From assembly GCA_018398765.1 (NCBI GenBank), contig JAHBMJ010000184.1, positions 1 through 55,294 on the forward strand: DNA of 55,294 nucleotides. The letters run 5' to 3'. A model generated the notes under the pieces. That model had not been told where the DNA came from. It did no database searches and saw nothing but the letters and a program-made list of their open reading frames with translations. Shown one piece after another: positions 35,783 to 51,075 of the stretch. Source of the stretch: Chromera velia. Taxonomy: Eukaryota. Positions within the stretch are counted from its first letter, which is position 1. Each line of letters begins with the position of its first letter. Both the position numbers and the translations under genes were made by a program.

Positions 35783-36444
35783 TCATTTGGGACTCCACAT
35801 GCCCAAACGTGTATCGAAAACGACCTTCAGATACTTTTGTAGCTGTCTGTGGCTCCGTCTGTCCATTGCCTTCACGATTTCGTCCACAAGGAGGATGGCC
35901 CCAATCCAGAACCCCCCAAGCAGAGCCAGACCCCACCCCCCCGCTCCGTACTGCCTTTCCAGGCCGGCAAGAAACCGCGGGGCCTCCTCAGAGATGTTCC
36001 AGTCGCACAGGAGAATCTCCAGAGCACACGCAAGGGAGTGGAGCACCAGAAGCAGAACCGTGATGGCCAGCCAGAAGGCGTTCACACAAGGCGGACGGAT
36101 GTACAGGGACTCGAACCTGTGAAAGTAAATGTACATAGATGCACATGTGTCTTCATGGATGTACATATACGGAGGAACAAGTTTGGGTATGTGAGAACGC
36201 AGAGGGACTCGAACCTGTGAAGGAGGGAAAGGGGACTATGCATTTTCCCTGTTGTTTTATTTACACATCGCATGTAAAACATCCAAACCAGTGAAGCAGA
36301 GGGACTCGAGCCTGCGCGAACACAAAAGAGGTCCTGCAGAAATAGACGTAGAAGAGCCGCACTCGTGGAATGGAGTCTGGCAGTGTGGAGACACAGGGCA
36401 TGTCATTCTGCAAGGCACACACACACGCACGCACACGCACACGC

Positions 36445-36488
<44 letters not shown>

Positions 36489-36640
36489 TATGTTTCTTCT
36501 TCTCCCTTCTTTTCTTCATGAACGCAACAGACAAAAAGAAAGAAAGAACAAAGACAAAAGCACAGCACCAACAATCAAACAGCGTGGGCAGGGGGCCCGA
36601 AAGGTGAGAGTTAAGCGCCCCTTGCCTCTCCACCTCCCGC

Positions 36641-36672
<32 letters not shown>

Positions 36673-38694
36673 TATATCGTCTTTTCTTTCCCTTTTTCTC
36701 CTTCTTCATTCTCTTCTGTTCTGTTTCTTTCTCTCTTCTTTTGGCGCGCTCTCTCAGTGGAAGGGTACCAGAGCTCCAGGCCTTAAGCGTACCCTGCGGC
36801 CCTTTCTTGCCCAGTGCAGGCTTACGCCTTTGCACTTCCACAATCTTTCCATCTGGACAGACAGAGACAGACAGACAGAGACAGACAGACAGAGACAGAC
36901 AGACAGAGACAGACAGACAGAGACAGACAGACAGAGACAGACAGACAGACAGACAGAGACAGACAGACAGACAGACAGAGAGACAAACAGACAGACAGAC
37001 AGACACACCCACACCCACACACCTCTGTCAGACCCTTCAATACAGAGACATGTACATGAATGCCCCGTTTCATAGATGCACATGGGTCTTTATGGATGTA
37101 CATATACGGAGGAACAAGTTTGGGTATGTGAGAACGCAGAGGGAGTCTCCATCCATTGTGCCTCATTTTGTTCTTGCAGCTTTTGTTCGGCATCATCTCC
37201 GCCTTTCCGCAATTACTCCACTCACCGGGAAGTTTGCCGCACATGGTCACTAACAGAGACAAAAAGGTACTCGTACTCTCTTTCACCGAACAAACTACTG
37301 CCAAACCCTCATGCACAGTCACGGTTCACAGTTTCACAAAATCCCACCGAGAGAGCGCTCACCTGTCCACGTGGGAAGCCGAGAGGGCAACGACGAAGAT
37401 GACTGTGCAGAGGAGCACGACCTGCTGAGGAAGGTCTATGACCCACACAGCGTCAACCTTCGTCAGGTCAACCGACGCTCCTCCGGTGCCTCCCAGATCC
37501 TTCCCCGCCTCTTTCAGTATCGATTCATCGATACTCCCCCCCTGCACGCCCAGAACGTACCGCTTATAAGCCGAAACGCAGAAGACCCAGCTGCCCCTCA
37601 CCCACGATTGCCATTCCAGATCTTGGCAGGCTTCCACCATGTGGACTGCCAAGGGAGACGCCTGCATTTCATTCAAACGGGACACGAGGGCCTCGGCACT
37701 TTCGTCCCCCCCCGCCATTCCACGTGGAACGCCGGAGTCCTCCAGGGCCTGTCTGAGGGTGGCATGTGCGATGAGGAGGAAGATCCCAATGATCACAAAC
37801 GCAGTCGGGAGGAAACGCACTGCGTAGTGGATCAGCTGCTGTGTGGTCTTTGCGTGCGTCTTCTTCATCTCCTCTCTCGCTTTCAGAGGGTATTCTGACA
37901 TGATAGTATCAGAAGCCTGCAGACAGACCCCAAGGAGGGAGGGAGAAAAGGCACTACATTCAGTCCTCTCATCAAGTTTACAGTTGCCAAGGGCGCGTTT
38001 TTCCTTTTCTTTGCTGCCAGGAGGTCACATCACTCCCAGCCAAGAATATTTTCATTGCTGCAAGAATATTTTGTATTCTGGCTAAAAGAATATTATTGGC
38101 AGCATGTGTTTCTTTCCCGACAGCGGAAGGTCCCATCACCCACCGCCCAATGCGGCTCTGGGCGCTGTCTTTGCTGGAATGGCCCGAGGAAAAGAAACGA
38201 CAAAGCAGCAAACAAAAAGCAAGGGCTGCTTGTACACACTGCTCTATGCCCCCGCCCCCTCTCAGCCCCCACCCACCCATTCTCCAACAACACAAGAATC
38301 ATCCGCCCACTCACCGGGCTCGCAAGAAGTGCGAGGGCCAGTACTGGCAGCTCGACGAGGAGCAACACGAGGAGTGCCATGCCGTCTATCGGGGGAGGGA
38401 GGCCGGCCAGAGCCTGGAGAAGGAGGATGACTGCTAGAAGACAACTAGAGCACACGTAAAACACCAACGCCTGCAGCCGTAAAAACACAGACATACAGAA
38501 CAGAAGAAGGACTTGAGGAAAGCGCAAGCCATGGTAACAAAAAGAACAGGCACTTTCTCTCTCGTCCCTGCCCCCCTGCTCCACACGTCCCCAGCGAGAA
38601 ACAGAAAGGCGGACCTGTTGAATGGCGTCCACGCACCGCCTCGCCTCTTTGCATGCACTGAAGAGCAACTCGAGGGTTGCGTGAACCTGGCTAC

Positions 38695-38735
<41 letters not shown>

Positions 38736-41700
38736 TTATATTTATATACATGTGTGTATACATGCTTATATGTAGATAGATGCATGTACATGCGCACGCA
38801 CCCTCACGCAGCGGAGGAGAGATCCCGACAAAATCCAAACTGGCAGGCAGCAGCAGGGACTAGAAGCACTTTTTTTCAGCACCGCCTAGGAGACCGTCAC
38901 GTCCTCTTGGCACCCCCTCTCCTCTTGTTCTCTCGACAATCCGTCTATTCACTCGCCCACTCCCCACTTTTTCGGTCAAGATTTCGTCACAGCACCGAAA
39001 ACAGATTGCGAAACAAACAGAGATGGACACATTGCTGACCCAAGTAGACATGGTTGGCAGAGAGGGAGCAAGGCAGTGACGTCAGAGCTCCAGACATTCT
39101 TAGCTCGGCAGCAGACGCGCTACCCAGCCCAGCGAGCGGGTGACTGGCCCCGCACCCCGCGCTACCGTCCCACGCCGCGTGCTGCCCGTAGGACCCCAGC
39201 CATCTCTTCCCATGGCAACATCTGCGTGCATGCCGGCAGAACAGTGAACGAAAGAAAAGCAGTTCGTCAACGACCCGATGCACGTCTCTAAAAAAATCGC
39301 ACAAGTGTTTATGAATTCGACAGTAAGTTACAAACATCCAAACAATCTTTGCTCTATAAAGAAGTATGCTCGCGAGTACGTGCGCGAATACGCACTGGCA
39401 AAGGCGAAGAAGTTTTTTTTCGCAGAGAAAAAGAGAAGCAGAGTAAAGAAAAAAGGTAGGTGTGCGACAGAAAAAAAAGATACTGAGCCTGTAAAGAGAA
39501 ACAGAAAGGGGAAAGACGGGAGCGCAGAAGAAACGGGCGGCAGTGAAAACAGCAGAAGACAGCAAACTGGTCCCTCCCGACTCACCGGCAGACAGGGTGA
39601 GGGCCGACGCTAATCGAGACTGCTGTGTCTGCTTGTTCGAACAGAGAGAAGTTCGAGGGTCGCAGTGCAGATCCGACCACAGTGACGACTTCGGAATTCT
39701 CTTGGAGGATCGAGATCATCTCCCGGACGTTTTGGGGGTTTCCGTTGCAGAACAGAGACACGCGGAGAGGCACGGTGTCGATGTCAATCAAATGCCTCCG
39801 AATGTCTGTGATACCTGAGGGTAGCACGACTTTTCCGTCCTGATTTGTTCTCTCCCTCGGTTCATGTGTGAGAGAGATCAAACAGTTCCACCCCGTCTCT
39901 AAGCCAAGGGACGAGCCCACTGTCCGAACCTTCTTTTCACTCTCCCGTCCGAAGTAAACAAACCGCACCCCCGCATGCATGAAGGCGTCAATCAGATGAG
40001 GAACTTCCCCCTCTGTGTGCGTCTTCAGTCCCGCCATTCCGAGAAAGATCTGCTCATCCATCAAAGCCTGAAGCACCTCCCCCGCCCTCACCCCGTATTT
40101 GGACACTAAAGTCAGACCGCATGGAGCAGGGAGGGAACGGGGTACAGCCGGACTTCTGGGACCACCCGCAGTTTCAACAAACCTCCCGGGACCCCCACCC
40201 CCCTCCGATCCGGGAGGGGATACGGTGGTCATCACCTTCACTGCTGGCAGACACTCTGTCGCACCCGACTCTGAACTGCTCACCTCCTCTTCAGCAGGCA
40301 GGGCGGCACCGTGAGATGCCTCTGGCAGGATCGCCATCGCCTTAGGACCGCTTGACGACTGTGACTCCTCTTTCCTGGCGGTGCCGAAAGTCTCCTTCCG
40401 CTTTTCGTCCGGCGGCTGGCTGGCACCAGGGGTGGCACTGGGGCTGTCGTAGACAGTCACGCGCAGTGCCTGGGGTCTGAGGTGGAATTCATCTCGGGGG
40501 GCGGAATGTGCTCGATTGATGGGGGCTGTTTCCGGAAAGGAAAACTTTGGTTGATTGGCGCCCCCCCTTTTCTCTGGGGAATCCCCTCGAGGAGATGGGA
40601 CACGGGATCGAGAGACAGAGACAGGGGCAGCACCTCCCCCCTCCGCCATAGAAGAGGAGTCCTTGCTGTGGGGACGCGGACGGTGGTGGTGGTGGTGACG
40701 GTGATGGCGGCGGCGGTGGTGATGGCCGGATCGGGAGGATGGATAGTGGTTGGAGGATGCCCTCGCCTCTGCATCTCTGATGGCGATGTATCGGCCTTGG
40801 GAGGCAGAGAAGTCAGGTAACCTGACGCCCTTCCGATGGCTTTTGTGATGGTGATGGTGGTGGTGGTGTCTGCGTTGATAAAAGCGCTCCCGGACTGCCT
40901 GAATGCGGGTGCAGATGGCAAAAGCACTCCGAGGCCCCGGAAAGCAGGGGACCGGATGCCATGTAGATGCAGGCATGCGCAGTTGTCCTGCGAGGGCCCG
41001 TTTTCTCTTGAGGTCGTTGATGAGGTCAACACCGAGACGGATGACAGGATCGTCACACACCGCGGGCCCTGCGACCCTTCGTTTCTGGAGGCCATGGAGA
41101 TCCCCTGTCACATTCAACGGCACAGGGCTTCTCGGAAGTGGCTCTGGGTGCTGCTCTTTGTTGTGAGGAGCTGCCGTCTCCTTGGTACCCCCAGTCTCTC
41201 TCTCCCTCTCTCTAGAGGAAATGCTTCGTTGCCCAGAGGCATTGAACAACCTGCCTGTTTGTCTGATGAGCTGTTGGGGTACAGCAGCAAGGCGTTCAAC
41301 CTGAGAGGCCAGATTTCGAACGGGTGAGAAGGGCTGCTGTGCTGCAGGCGAGATGGGCGTACCGCCTTGTGCGGAAATGTTCCGGACAGGAGACAGCGGC
41401 TGCTGGCCCTCACCGGGCACTAAGCCTTCACCAGGCACCAGTGGTGGGGTGAAAATGGGGGGAGGCTGACTGGCTGCAACAATCTGAGCCCCCCCCCGTG
41501 CTGCCGAGACAGCTGAAGCGAAAGAACGGGCAGAGTCCTGCCTTGTTTCTGGGGGTTTTCGTTGATGACACTCGGAGAGACTTCGAAGACCTGGACGCAT
41601 CTCTGTCTTGGCCATGTCCTCCCTGTCTGCAGTCTGGTGGATTTGGAGGGTCTCTTCGGTGGCACGAACCAACCCCCTTCGGTCGTCAGTCAGACTCATC

Positions 41701-44700
41701 CCCCCACTGTGCTGGTGCAACAAAGTGCGGGATCCTCTTTCTGCCACTGTCGCCCCTCCCTTGGGAGACGATACCTGCCACACCCCTCGCTGCACAACTG
41801 CTCCAAGTGCCCCAGCGCCGTCTCCCCCTGCTCCTCCAGGCCCGGCTGCTGTCTGAAACGCCCTTGGCGTCATCGACTGGGCCAGGAGCCTCTGTGCGGA
41901 CTGATGATTGTTCTGCTGGGTGGACTTGGCCGAATGAGCACCCCCTGCGACTGTGGAGGTCCTGGAGCCCCCACGCCTGTACCCAGCTCCCGGGGCTTGC
42001 TGCCGCTGTGCTCCTCCCTCATCCCCTTGACCGTTCTCTTGTCGTTGCCCCCGCCCCACCGGCCCCCCTCCCCCCGCGCTCGGGTCGTTCCAGTCGACTC
42101 CCTGCTCTATGGCAAACAGACTGTGCTCCTCCAGAGCTTCGAGAAGAAACTCCTTCTGAGCAGAAGTCAGGGGACGATAGGAGAAAGTCGCACAGTCCAG
42201 ACCGGAGGACTTCCACTGCAAGACCAGCGACTTGAGAGAACGCAGAGTGGGGGCGTCAAGGGGGTGGAGAGATGTGCCGTCAAACACATGGGCACAGCGA
42301 TCCAACAACGCGCGGGGCCTTCCCTGCATGCAGATCAGGAGTGGAGCAGCAAGTCAGCACAAGTACGGAGACACATCCACATACTCATGCACAAACACCC
42401 AAACGCACGCACACGCACACACACGCACGCACTCATCGAGTGCAGCCGTGGGTCAACACATTCCTTCAGTCTCTTTTGAAAACTGATCCAAGAGGACCCC
42501 TCTTCGCTCTCACACTATCCAACGGAGCCCATCACGATGCAGTCTCTCAGCAGACTTCTTCTTTGCACTGACTTCCACCATCATACCTGGACCGAGGCAC
42601 TTTTTTCTTTTCTGTGCCAGCCGCGGGGCATCCATGTCCCTCAAGACGCGAATTCTCAAGGCACCCTCTGTGGGCTTAGTATCTTCCTCCCCCCTGACTT
42701 GACTTGACTGACCTTGACGAACATATGGAGAGAGGAGTCCCGAATGTCTCGGACGAGCCAGATGATAACGGAAACTTCTGGGAGGGCAGAGAACGGACTG
42801 ACGAGGAAAAAGTCAACAGACTGATTCCCCCCCCCACCTCCTGTACCCTTTCCGGGAGCAGGTGGGAGAATCCCCCCATACCCCGATCCTCCGGAGTGCT
42901 CTCTCCCCTCCTCTCCAGACTCTCCTCGCATGGATGGACGCTGCCGAGCTGCCCCTCCCCATTGTGTTTGTGTTGCTCCTCCCCCCCCCGTCTGTCTGGA
43001 TCCGTTCACAGTCGGGGGGATCTCAGGAACGGACGGCGAGGGGTCAGGACTCGGGTTCGAAATCCTCCCGGCAGCGCCCATATTTTCTTCTGCACCGTCC
43101 GGTGGAGGGGCCAGGTGGACAGGCGCGTCTTCGACACCGAAGCTTCGACGTCTCCGGGCCGCTCTGCGCCTTCTCACTCTGCTCTGCTTTCCAGACACCG
43201 AGGGGGAGGCCGGGCAGCCGGCCTCTAGGTCGTCCGTATCTTCTCTGGGACCCTGTGAGCTGGTCCGGGGGCGACTTTTCCAAGAAGGAGGAGTCAAGGG
43301 GGGTACAGAGTCGTGGGCACAGCCGCCAAAAGGGGTCTCTTTTGATCCGCCTGTGAAGCGGGATAGGGCCTCTGCATTCTGAATTGCCTCTAGCTCATCT
43401 GCATTCAGCACACGAAGCCGCAAACTTCCAGTAGCTGCATGGGGGTCTGTACAGGGCGGAGGTGCTCGAGCGTGCCCGGAAACTCTGACAGGGGTGTCGT
43501 CGAGAGACGGCGGGGGTGCTTGGTGCTTTGCTGCTGCGTCAATGAGGGTGCGTGCGCTTGCCTTTCGGGACCGTTGTTCTGGATTCCTGCCTGTCTCTTC
43601 TCTGTCAACCCCCCCATTCCCATCGCGCCAAGACGAAGAACTGCCCCCCTGTGCTTGGTCGCTTTCACCTCCCGAATCCCTTTCCCTCTCTTTGTGTCGA
43701 ACGTCATGAAGAAGCGAACGGCCCGAAAGAGGCTTGGGGCCACTCCAAAGGCCCACTGCGGCAGCATGGGGCCCCGGCATAGTCGATAGGCCCGTTTGCG
43801 GGTCTGCCCACCTAGAGTAGGGAATGTGACTGTCGTCAGGCGGCAGCTGGGGGTCCGGGAGACTGGGCCACCCAAAGGGATCCCCTACGCTCATCGCATG
43901 ACTTGGTGTGTGGTGCTGGCCTGGTGTGGGGAATGGGAGGGGAGGAACGCTCATTCTTGAGAGATGTCCACTGGGAGGGGGGGCTCGAGCCAGGTTTTGG
44001 GGTGTGTGGGAAAGCGTTGCAGTAGCGTTAGAGATGCGTGGGGTGCCTACAGATCCTCTGAGACCAGTAGAGATGCCATGGGGCTGCTGTTGGGATTGGG
44101 CAGAGGGAGGCAGTGCAGCCTGTGAGCTTGCAGAAGGCTGAGGGTGCGAACTTGGGTCCTCTGGAGAGGGGGTGCGGCTGAGGGGGGGGAGGCCGCCCGG
44201 AGGAGGGGTGACCATTCCGATGCTTGGTCGGCTTGGTGGTGGCTGTTGCAACTGAATGGAGGGGGCCCGTGAGGCAGGTTTCTGGCTGTGTTTTTGTGTG
44301 TTTCCTCCCATCTGTTGTGTGTCCTTCTCAAGGCCCTCCTCGAGGGGATACCGGAGAGACTGCATCACCCCGATCGTCCTGCAAAACCGTTTGTGCATGG
44401 TGTCCATGAAGGAAGAATATCGGGGGAATTTGAAGGGCAGCATACAACAACGAGAGGAAAGCCTGAAGAGCGTTGTGAATCACTTCTTCCTGAGAAGTCT
44501 CGCAATAGGGAGACACGAATGTGATGAGTTGGAAGGGAGAGAGAGAGCAAACAGGCTGGCTTTCAAGCGTTCAAATGCCTCTTTGAAGCACGTGACTGTG
44601 CAGAACAGTCTGTTCCTTTCTGCTTTGCAGAAGGAGAACCGTCCCTTGCAAGACCCACCTGACGGGCTGGAAGTACTTGAGGGCCTCTCTCTGGAATCCC

Positions 44701-45234
44701 ACCAATTGTGACGCTGAACAGAGACAGTCTCGAAGGACGTCTGTGCCTTTTGCGTCAGACGCACGACCCACAAAAAGGTCGGAAAGACAGAGGGAATGAA
44801 GAAAGGGCGGGATGAAGGTCGGAGGTGCCCCTGCAAGTCCGTTTCCACGACCGCCCTTACCCTCCTCCCCCGAGACGTTCCGCCCCTCTTCTTTCTTGCC
44901 ATCTTTCGAAGCCGCTGCCTTCTGCTGCTGCTTCCGATTTGCGCCTGCGCCCACGGTTCCGGGCAGCACCTGATTGGCGGGCTGTGGCTGAGCAGAGGGG
45001 TGCAGGGAGACGGCCATTCCTAGGGCCAGGGGCTTGAGGGCAGAGACGGAGGCCCTCCAGCCGGGGTCCTGAAATCTGAGGCCTGAGGAAGAGGAGTAGT
45101 CGGGGTGAAGATCCAGGTTCACCAACCCTCTGCATCGACAGAGAAGAGAGCGGAGAGCAAGAAGGATCGAAAGGACTGTTTGTTCTTGGTCCTTCTCCGT
45201 TGTGAGCAGCCACACGGAGTCATCATCAGACATG

Positions 45235-45281
<47 letters not shown>

Positions 45282-45396
45282 GGAGAGAGAGAGAGGGAGA
45301 GACAAGTCGGACAGGCAGAAAGGTAGAGTCACAGCTGAGCAGCAAGGCAGGAGGACTACGGAAGAAGGGTATGACATACATCGACACGTGCACACA

Positions 45397-45439
<43 letters not shown>

Positions 45440-45531
45440 GTCGGACAGGCAGAAAGGTAGAGTCACAGCTGAGCAGGAAGGCAGGAGGACTACGGAAGAA
45501 GGGTATGACATACATCGACACGTGCACACAC

Positions 45532-45564
<33 letters not shown>

Positions 45565-46184
45565 TGCATACATACATGCATACATGTTGAGAAGGAAGAC
45601 CTACATTTTCTTTTGCTTCTGACCCCCTGGGGCAGGAGACTCTGTCGCGTTCTGCATGGCCCCCTCCCCCCCCTGCTGCACCACAGCTACTTGAGGCAGG
45701 CTGTTGTTTCTGGGTGAGGTGAAGTTCCGCGTTTGCATTTCGATGGCTGCTGCTGAAAGGGATCGCTGGAGAGGAAGAGCCACCGGCAGACCTCCAGGAA
45801 GACTCCCTGCTGCAGTGTCGCTGGGGGCCTCATGGGGAGAGAAGATCTGCTGTCCAGAGGGGGCCCCGAGGGTCTGGGGAGGGGGAGGTTGAAGCATACC
45901 GGGAGGAAGAGCGCCCTGTGCCGCGTTCATAGCAAGGAGAGCACTGCCAATCGCTGCAGGGTCATGGCCCTGCTGGGTGGTGATTTGCTCTGGTGCCCTG
46001 ACCATTCGGCCCTCCGCCGTCTGCAGAAGGGCGGTAGCAATTGCAGCAGTCTGCGGAGCGACTGTCACCCCGAGACCCGAGGGGACCGAATTCGCACGAG
46101 AGCCCAGGTGCTGTCCTGGTTCTGATTCCAGCATCTCCTCTGCCGGCTGCTTCTCCATTGACATAGAGCCCCCCCCAGGGTCAG

Positions 46185-46219
<35 letters not shown>

Positions 46220-49200
46220 ATCGCCTGCTCACTGCCTGGGTGGGTCCCCACACGGTTGGTGTCCCTGTCATCGTCGTTGCCTGAGATCAGAGGGATTCGT
46301 CCCTCACACACGCAAATCTCCTGAAGACTCCGACAAGTGTCCATCAGCAAACCCTGCAGCAGAACAGAACGGAGGGAGAATTAAGTGGATTCAATCTCGC
46401 TCAGTGATGTTCTTCTTCCATCGTTGCCATTCACCGTCGATAAGCATGTTGATCGACACACGCAAGGACGCACACAACTTTCGTGCGTCGATTGTTGCCA
46501 TTCACCATCGATAAGCACACACGAGCAGCCGTTGGGTCACTTCAGGTTTCAACATTGTCCGACCGTGTGTGCCTGCCCAACACTGTCCTCTGTGAATTCA
46601 CGTCGGTCTTCTAGACGGGTAACCAATTGAAAGAAGGAAATAAGAGGGCCCGACTTCTGTCTGACCAGCAGACGATCGAACCAATTCGGTCTCTTCTGTC
46701 CCCCTGGTCCCAGAACCACAAGAATGCTCTTCTCTTCGGAGGCAAACGACTGACCTCTTTATCACAAAAAGCGAGGACGGTTGTGGAATTCAACGTATGC
46801 AGAAGGTTCGACTCTCCGTCCAGACCCTGCATGGAAATGCAAACATTCGACAAGTCAGGCAGACAGACACTCGCCACACACAAAGTGAGGCTGCAAGAGC
46901 TCACAGAAGAGACACGTGGATCGAGCGAAGCAGGGCCCCGGAAAAATGCAAAAGAGACAATCAAATAGACACGCATGGACAGGTGAAACGCATGCGGTCC
47001 GTACATCCCGGTTTTCTTTTCCTTTTTGCTTGCAGGCTACACAAACACCACACCGAACTCCCCCATGCACCGACCTGTCGAAGAATGTCCACAAGTTCGG
47101 ACATCTGTCTTCCCAGAGGGACATTCGAGGCAGAGTACGTGGAAGAATCCAACGAGACGTCCTGCATGCAGAAATTGGATGCATCAAAAAGAAAGGACAT
47201 TCACACATTATGATTGCAGACATCCACACATGCATGCCTTCATACGTACCCCATGTGAGCAGCGCAGGCTCGACTGACACTCACTTTCAACTCTTCACAA
47301 GCCGGGTTGCATTGGTTATTCAAAAAAAAGAGTGTCCCAGCTGACAGAATGCTTCATTTGACACAGCGACCGGGTGTTGCTTGTCCCCTCACTCACTGGG
47401 TTTTCACTTTGCCCTATCGGCCCAACTTCCTTCTGGTTGTATGATACCTGTGCATGCCGTTTACCAATACCCATATCAAGGCTGGTTCACTCACTCACCG
47501 AATTTGTATCAGAGCCCAGAGAAACGTTCGACTTTGCTCTGCCGACTTTCGGAGCCCTCAGCCGCAGTCTCCCCCACACCCCCACGACCCACTCATACAG
47601 ACGCTCACACCAGTCAAACCGCAAGCAGCCACAGCAGCACAGCCAACGGGACAAACAACTCCCCTTCTTTACAGAGGAAGAGAAGGGGGATCGTGCACTG
47701 TACCGTCTCTTCGGCGAGGGAGACGGACGACCTGCCGCAGACCTCCTTCTGTTTTTTATCAACGGGGCGGGAGCAGATTGCTGCTGCGCTTTCGGCCTTG
47801 CCTGAAACCTTCTTTGATTCCTGTACTCCTGGAGCCACTGGCACAAGGACTGAAGCCGCGCATTGCCCCACACGTCTGTGATTTGAAGTAGCACTCTGCA
47901 GGAAACAGATGCGCATAAGAGTCAAGCTCAGTGCTGCTGATTGTCCCGCAGAAAAGGGCAATCAAACGTCGCAAAACAAATGCGACATGGATAACCCCCG
48001 AAGATTCTGAACAGACGAAAGACGTCAGACGGGAATCCCGCGAACAAAAAGAACACAAATTGACCAGGATGCATAGTCATTTCTAACACCTGCTGACCTA
48101 CCTACCTACCTCTCTACAAGTGGCGTGAAGCAGACGGAAAGTCGGACAGGCGTCAACCAGAGCTCGATGAGGACGCTCCTCTCGACAGCCTCACGGGCAG
48201 AGATGCCGAAGAGCTTGCGGGCCTGGGAATCTAAATAAAAGTCCCTGCAGTGAACTAACATTTGCAATTAAATTATCATCTACAAATGGCGAATAAGGAA
48301 TGCAGGTCAGTGTGCCCACACGCGATCACTGCTCTTTTCCCACTTCTTCCGAACAACTTCCGAGTTTTTCTTTCCAAATCTGAACCATCTAGGGAAAGTA
48401 ATCCACAGAGCGAACAAGACCTCCAGAAACTAATAATAATCCCCTCCTGGCCTGATCCATTTTTGCACTTTGAACTGGCTGTCTGACTCGCTGATCAACT
48501 GACGACCAACCGACCGACTGACTGATTAGCGAACGGGCTGTCCGCCTAATTTTCCCACCAAATGACTGACTGACTGACTGACTGACTGACTCACGAGCTC
48601 ACCGAGCGACCGACCAACTGACCAGAGGATGGCCCCAATGATGCAGAGGATAAGAGAGACAATCCACAGAATCACGAGACGATACCGCACCATTTTGGCA
48701 ATTTCAAAGAAAGTCGTTTGCAGTCGTTTGCTTCGGCTTTTCACTGAAAGACCCCCAGTGTCTCCCCCTTCTGGCCCACTGCTCTCTGACTCTGCTCCTC
48801 CCCCCGCCTTGTCCCTCTCCCGTTCCTCTGCTGACACCATCACAGACGGTGCAGTTCCCACAAGACCCCCGAAAGAGCTCGAGAAATTGGCCATCAACCC
48901 CCCGGAGCTCATCACAGCAGACTGCGCAGGCATTCCATTCTCCTCAAAGCTTCTGTCGTCCTTCCCCCCTGCCTTCCGCCTTCGTTTCCCCTCTCTCTCG
49001 CCGTTTGATTGTGCAAACGCCGAAGTCTGAAAGAAATAAAATGATGCATTCATTTTGTGTGGACCATCATTATTCCCCTCCTTTCCCAGATTGTGCAAAT
49101 GCAGAGTTCTAAATGACACAAAAGAAGCAAGGAGAAAGGCAGAGTGCTGCGACTGTATCGGGTAACGAGACAGTAGCGAGAGAAAGATATTAGCGAATGA

Positions 49201-51031
49201 GACCTCTGTGGTGAAAACCGGCTGAGCAAAATCTTTACGTAGCGTTTTGCAATGAAAAAGCTGACAGGCAAAGGGGGGCGGCAATTGTTCCTTCATTCAC
49301 ACATCGAGCGACAGACCTCAAGAAATTTCCGCACTTGGAGAATGCAGGCCGTCGATGTCGCAAGGAAAGGTGCATGAGACACCAGCTGCGTTCCCCTGCC
49401 AACGGACAGAATCACTTTCTCCTGCTCAGTCGCCTCGTCCCACAAGAAACTTCCAGCCCGTCCACTCGCGTCCCTTCCCTCATTCCCCCCACCCCCACCC
49501 CTTCTACCTCCTCTTTCTGATGCAGCACTTGCCTCTCGCTGCTTCTCCCCCTCACTCTCTGCCCCATCATGAAATCCCTCCACAGGCGTCACCGGAGTAA
49601 AGTCGGGAGTAGAGGACCGATGCAGTTGGGGGCCCACAGTCTGGGGTTCCCACGAGTCGGGCAGACGGTTTCGCCCCCCCTCGAGGGTTCCTTCAAGAGG
49701 GAGGGGGGGGGCAGGAGCAGGACCCAAACGGGTTGACACGGAGAGATTCACAGGACGCGCACGTCCCTGCAGCCCCCCCGGCCCTGTCCCCCTGTTGACC
49801 CCCACACCATTCGTGCTCTCATCGTACTGCGACCTTCCTCCCGAGGCATCCCTTGTCGCCCTACTTCTCTCCGGTGTGCAGAGAAAAGTACCTGGAGTCG
49901 ACAGAACAGGCGGACGGAGAAGCCCGCCATCTTCATTTGCCACCCCTGCCTGTTGCAACATCTCTTCCATTCCCTGTTCACCTTCCGTAAGATCGCCTCC
50001 AGTCCCTCTGCCGGCAGCATCCAGAGACATGCAGGCAGACACAGGACTCACGTCTCGTCCACGGGACTTTGGAGAGTGTGGAAGGGATGTAGCCACAGCT
50101 GGTCTTTCCCCGTGTGTGTGCGTGAACGGCGGGAATTCCTCGGAAGACCTCTGCAGTGGGCCTAGAGGAGACGAAGAATGGTTGTCTCCCAACAGAGGCA
50201 AATGGGCCGAATCTCCAAGATCCCCTCCCTCATTTGGAGTTGTGCGGCTTTGCGCTGCACAGGCCGAGGCACGACGTCCGTTCTCTTTACTCGGAGGACG
50301 ACGCATGCGGGGCAAGAAGTGTGTCCGAGCTAAAGGGGCTTTGGAGGAAACTCGGTGGGCAGGGACTGCAGTCTTGGGTGAATTGGGAGTCTGCCTCTTC
50401 GAGTGTGCCCCCGACGCCCCCGGTGCGTTGACCCCGACTCCTCTGACTCTGCCCCCACTGAAGAGAGACGAAAAACGAATGAAACGCTCCCCTGCGGCAT
50501 ATAAAGTCGAGGTGGGGGCAATGCAGATGTCCACCAACCAACCCTCATGCACCTCTCTCCGACTGAAGCCTCGTTGATCCCTTCGTTCTCTGGTTGTTGC
50601 ACTGGACTGAGTTGATCCGTGCCCTCTCTTTCCTTCTCCAAGGACGCTCTGACTGGCGGCGTGACGCATCGCAGTGGCTCTGGCTGCCAGTGGGGTGGGA
50701 GCCGCGACTGATGCAGAGAAGCGGGCAGAGGCGGAGGGAATGCGGGCGGGGGACGTTGAAGGCTCCCTCACGGAGACGCCTCCTCCGTTTCCCGTCTCCC
50801 CCGTTCCTGCCCCTCCCTCTTGTTGTTCCTTCTCCTCTGCCTTCTCAGCCTTCTCTTTGTTTGAGTCTCGCTCTGCCTGTCGAACTTCGAGGAGTCGGGC
50901 GTCAGTGGGCAGGAGGTCACCCGCTCTGAGTTTGAACAGGTCTCCCTCAACGATCTGCGGGAGAGTGGGAGCGACAGTCATCCATGACGTATGATGACTA
51001 ATTTCCCCTTTCTTTCTTTCTTTCTTTCTTT

Positions 51032-51075
<44 letters not shown>

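Noticed and set aside
36826..36852. 27-nt in-frame cassette exon in the last TMEM94 intron (cag|ATGG...GGC|gtaag on minus)
   Set aside because: The splice signals are plausible, but direct joining HVDR-FESL already matches family spacing; unsupported without transcripts.
45235..45565. ~130-bp tandem duplication in a TMEM94 intron
   Set aside because: Real, but an ordinary microsatellite-flanked intronic duplication with no coding effect.
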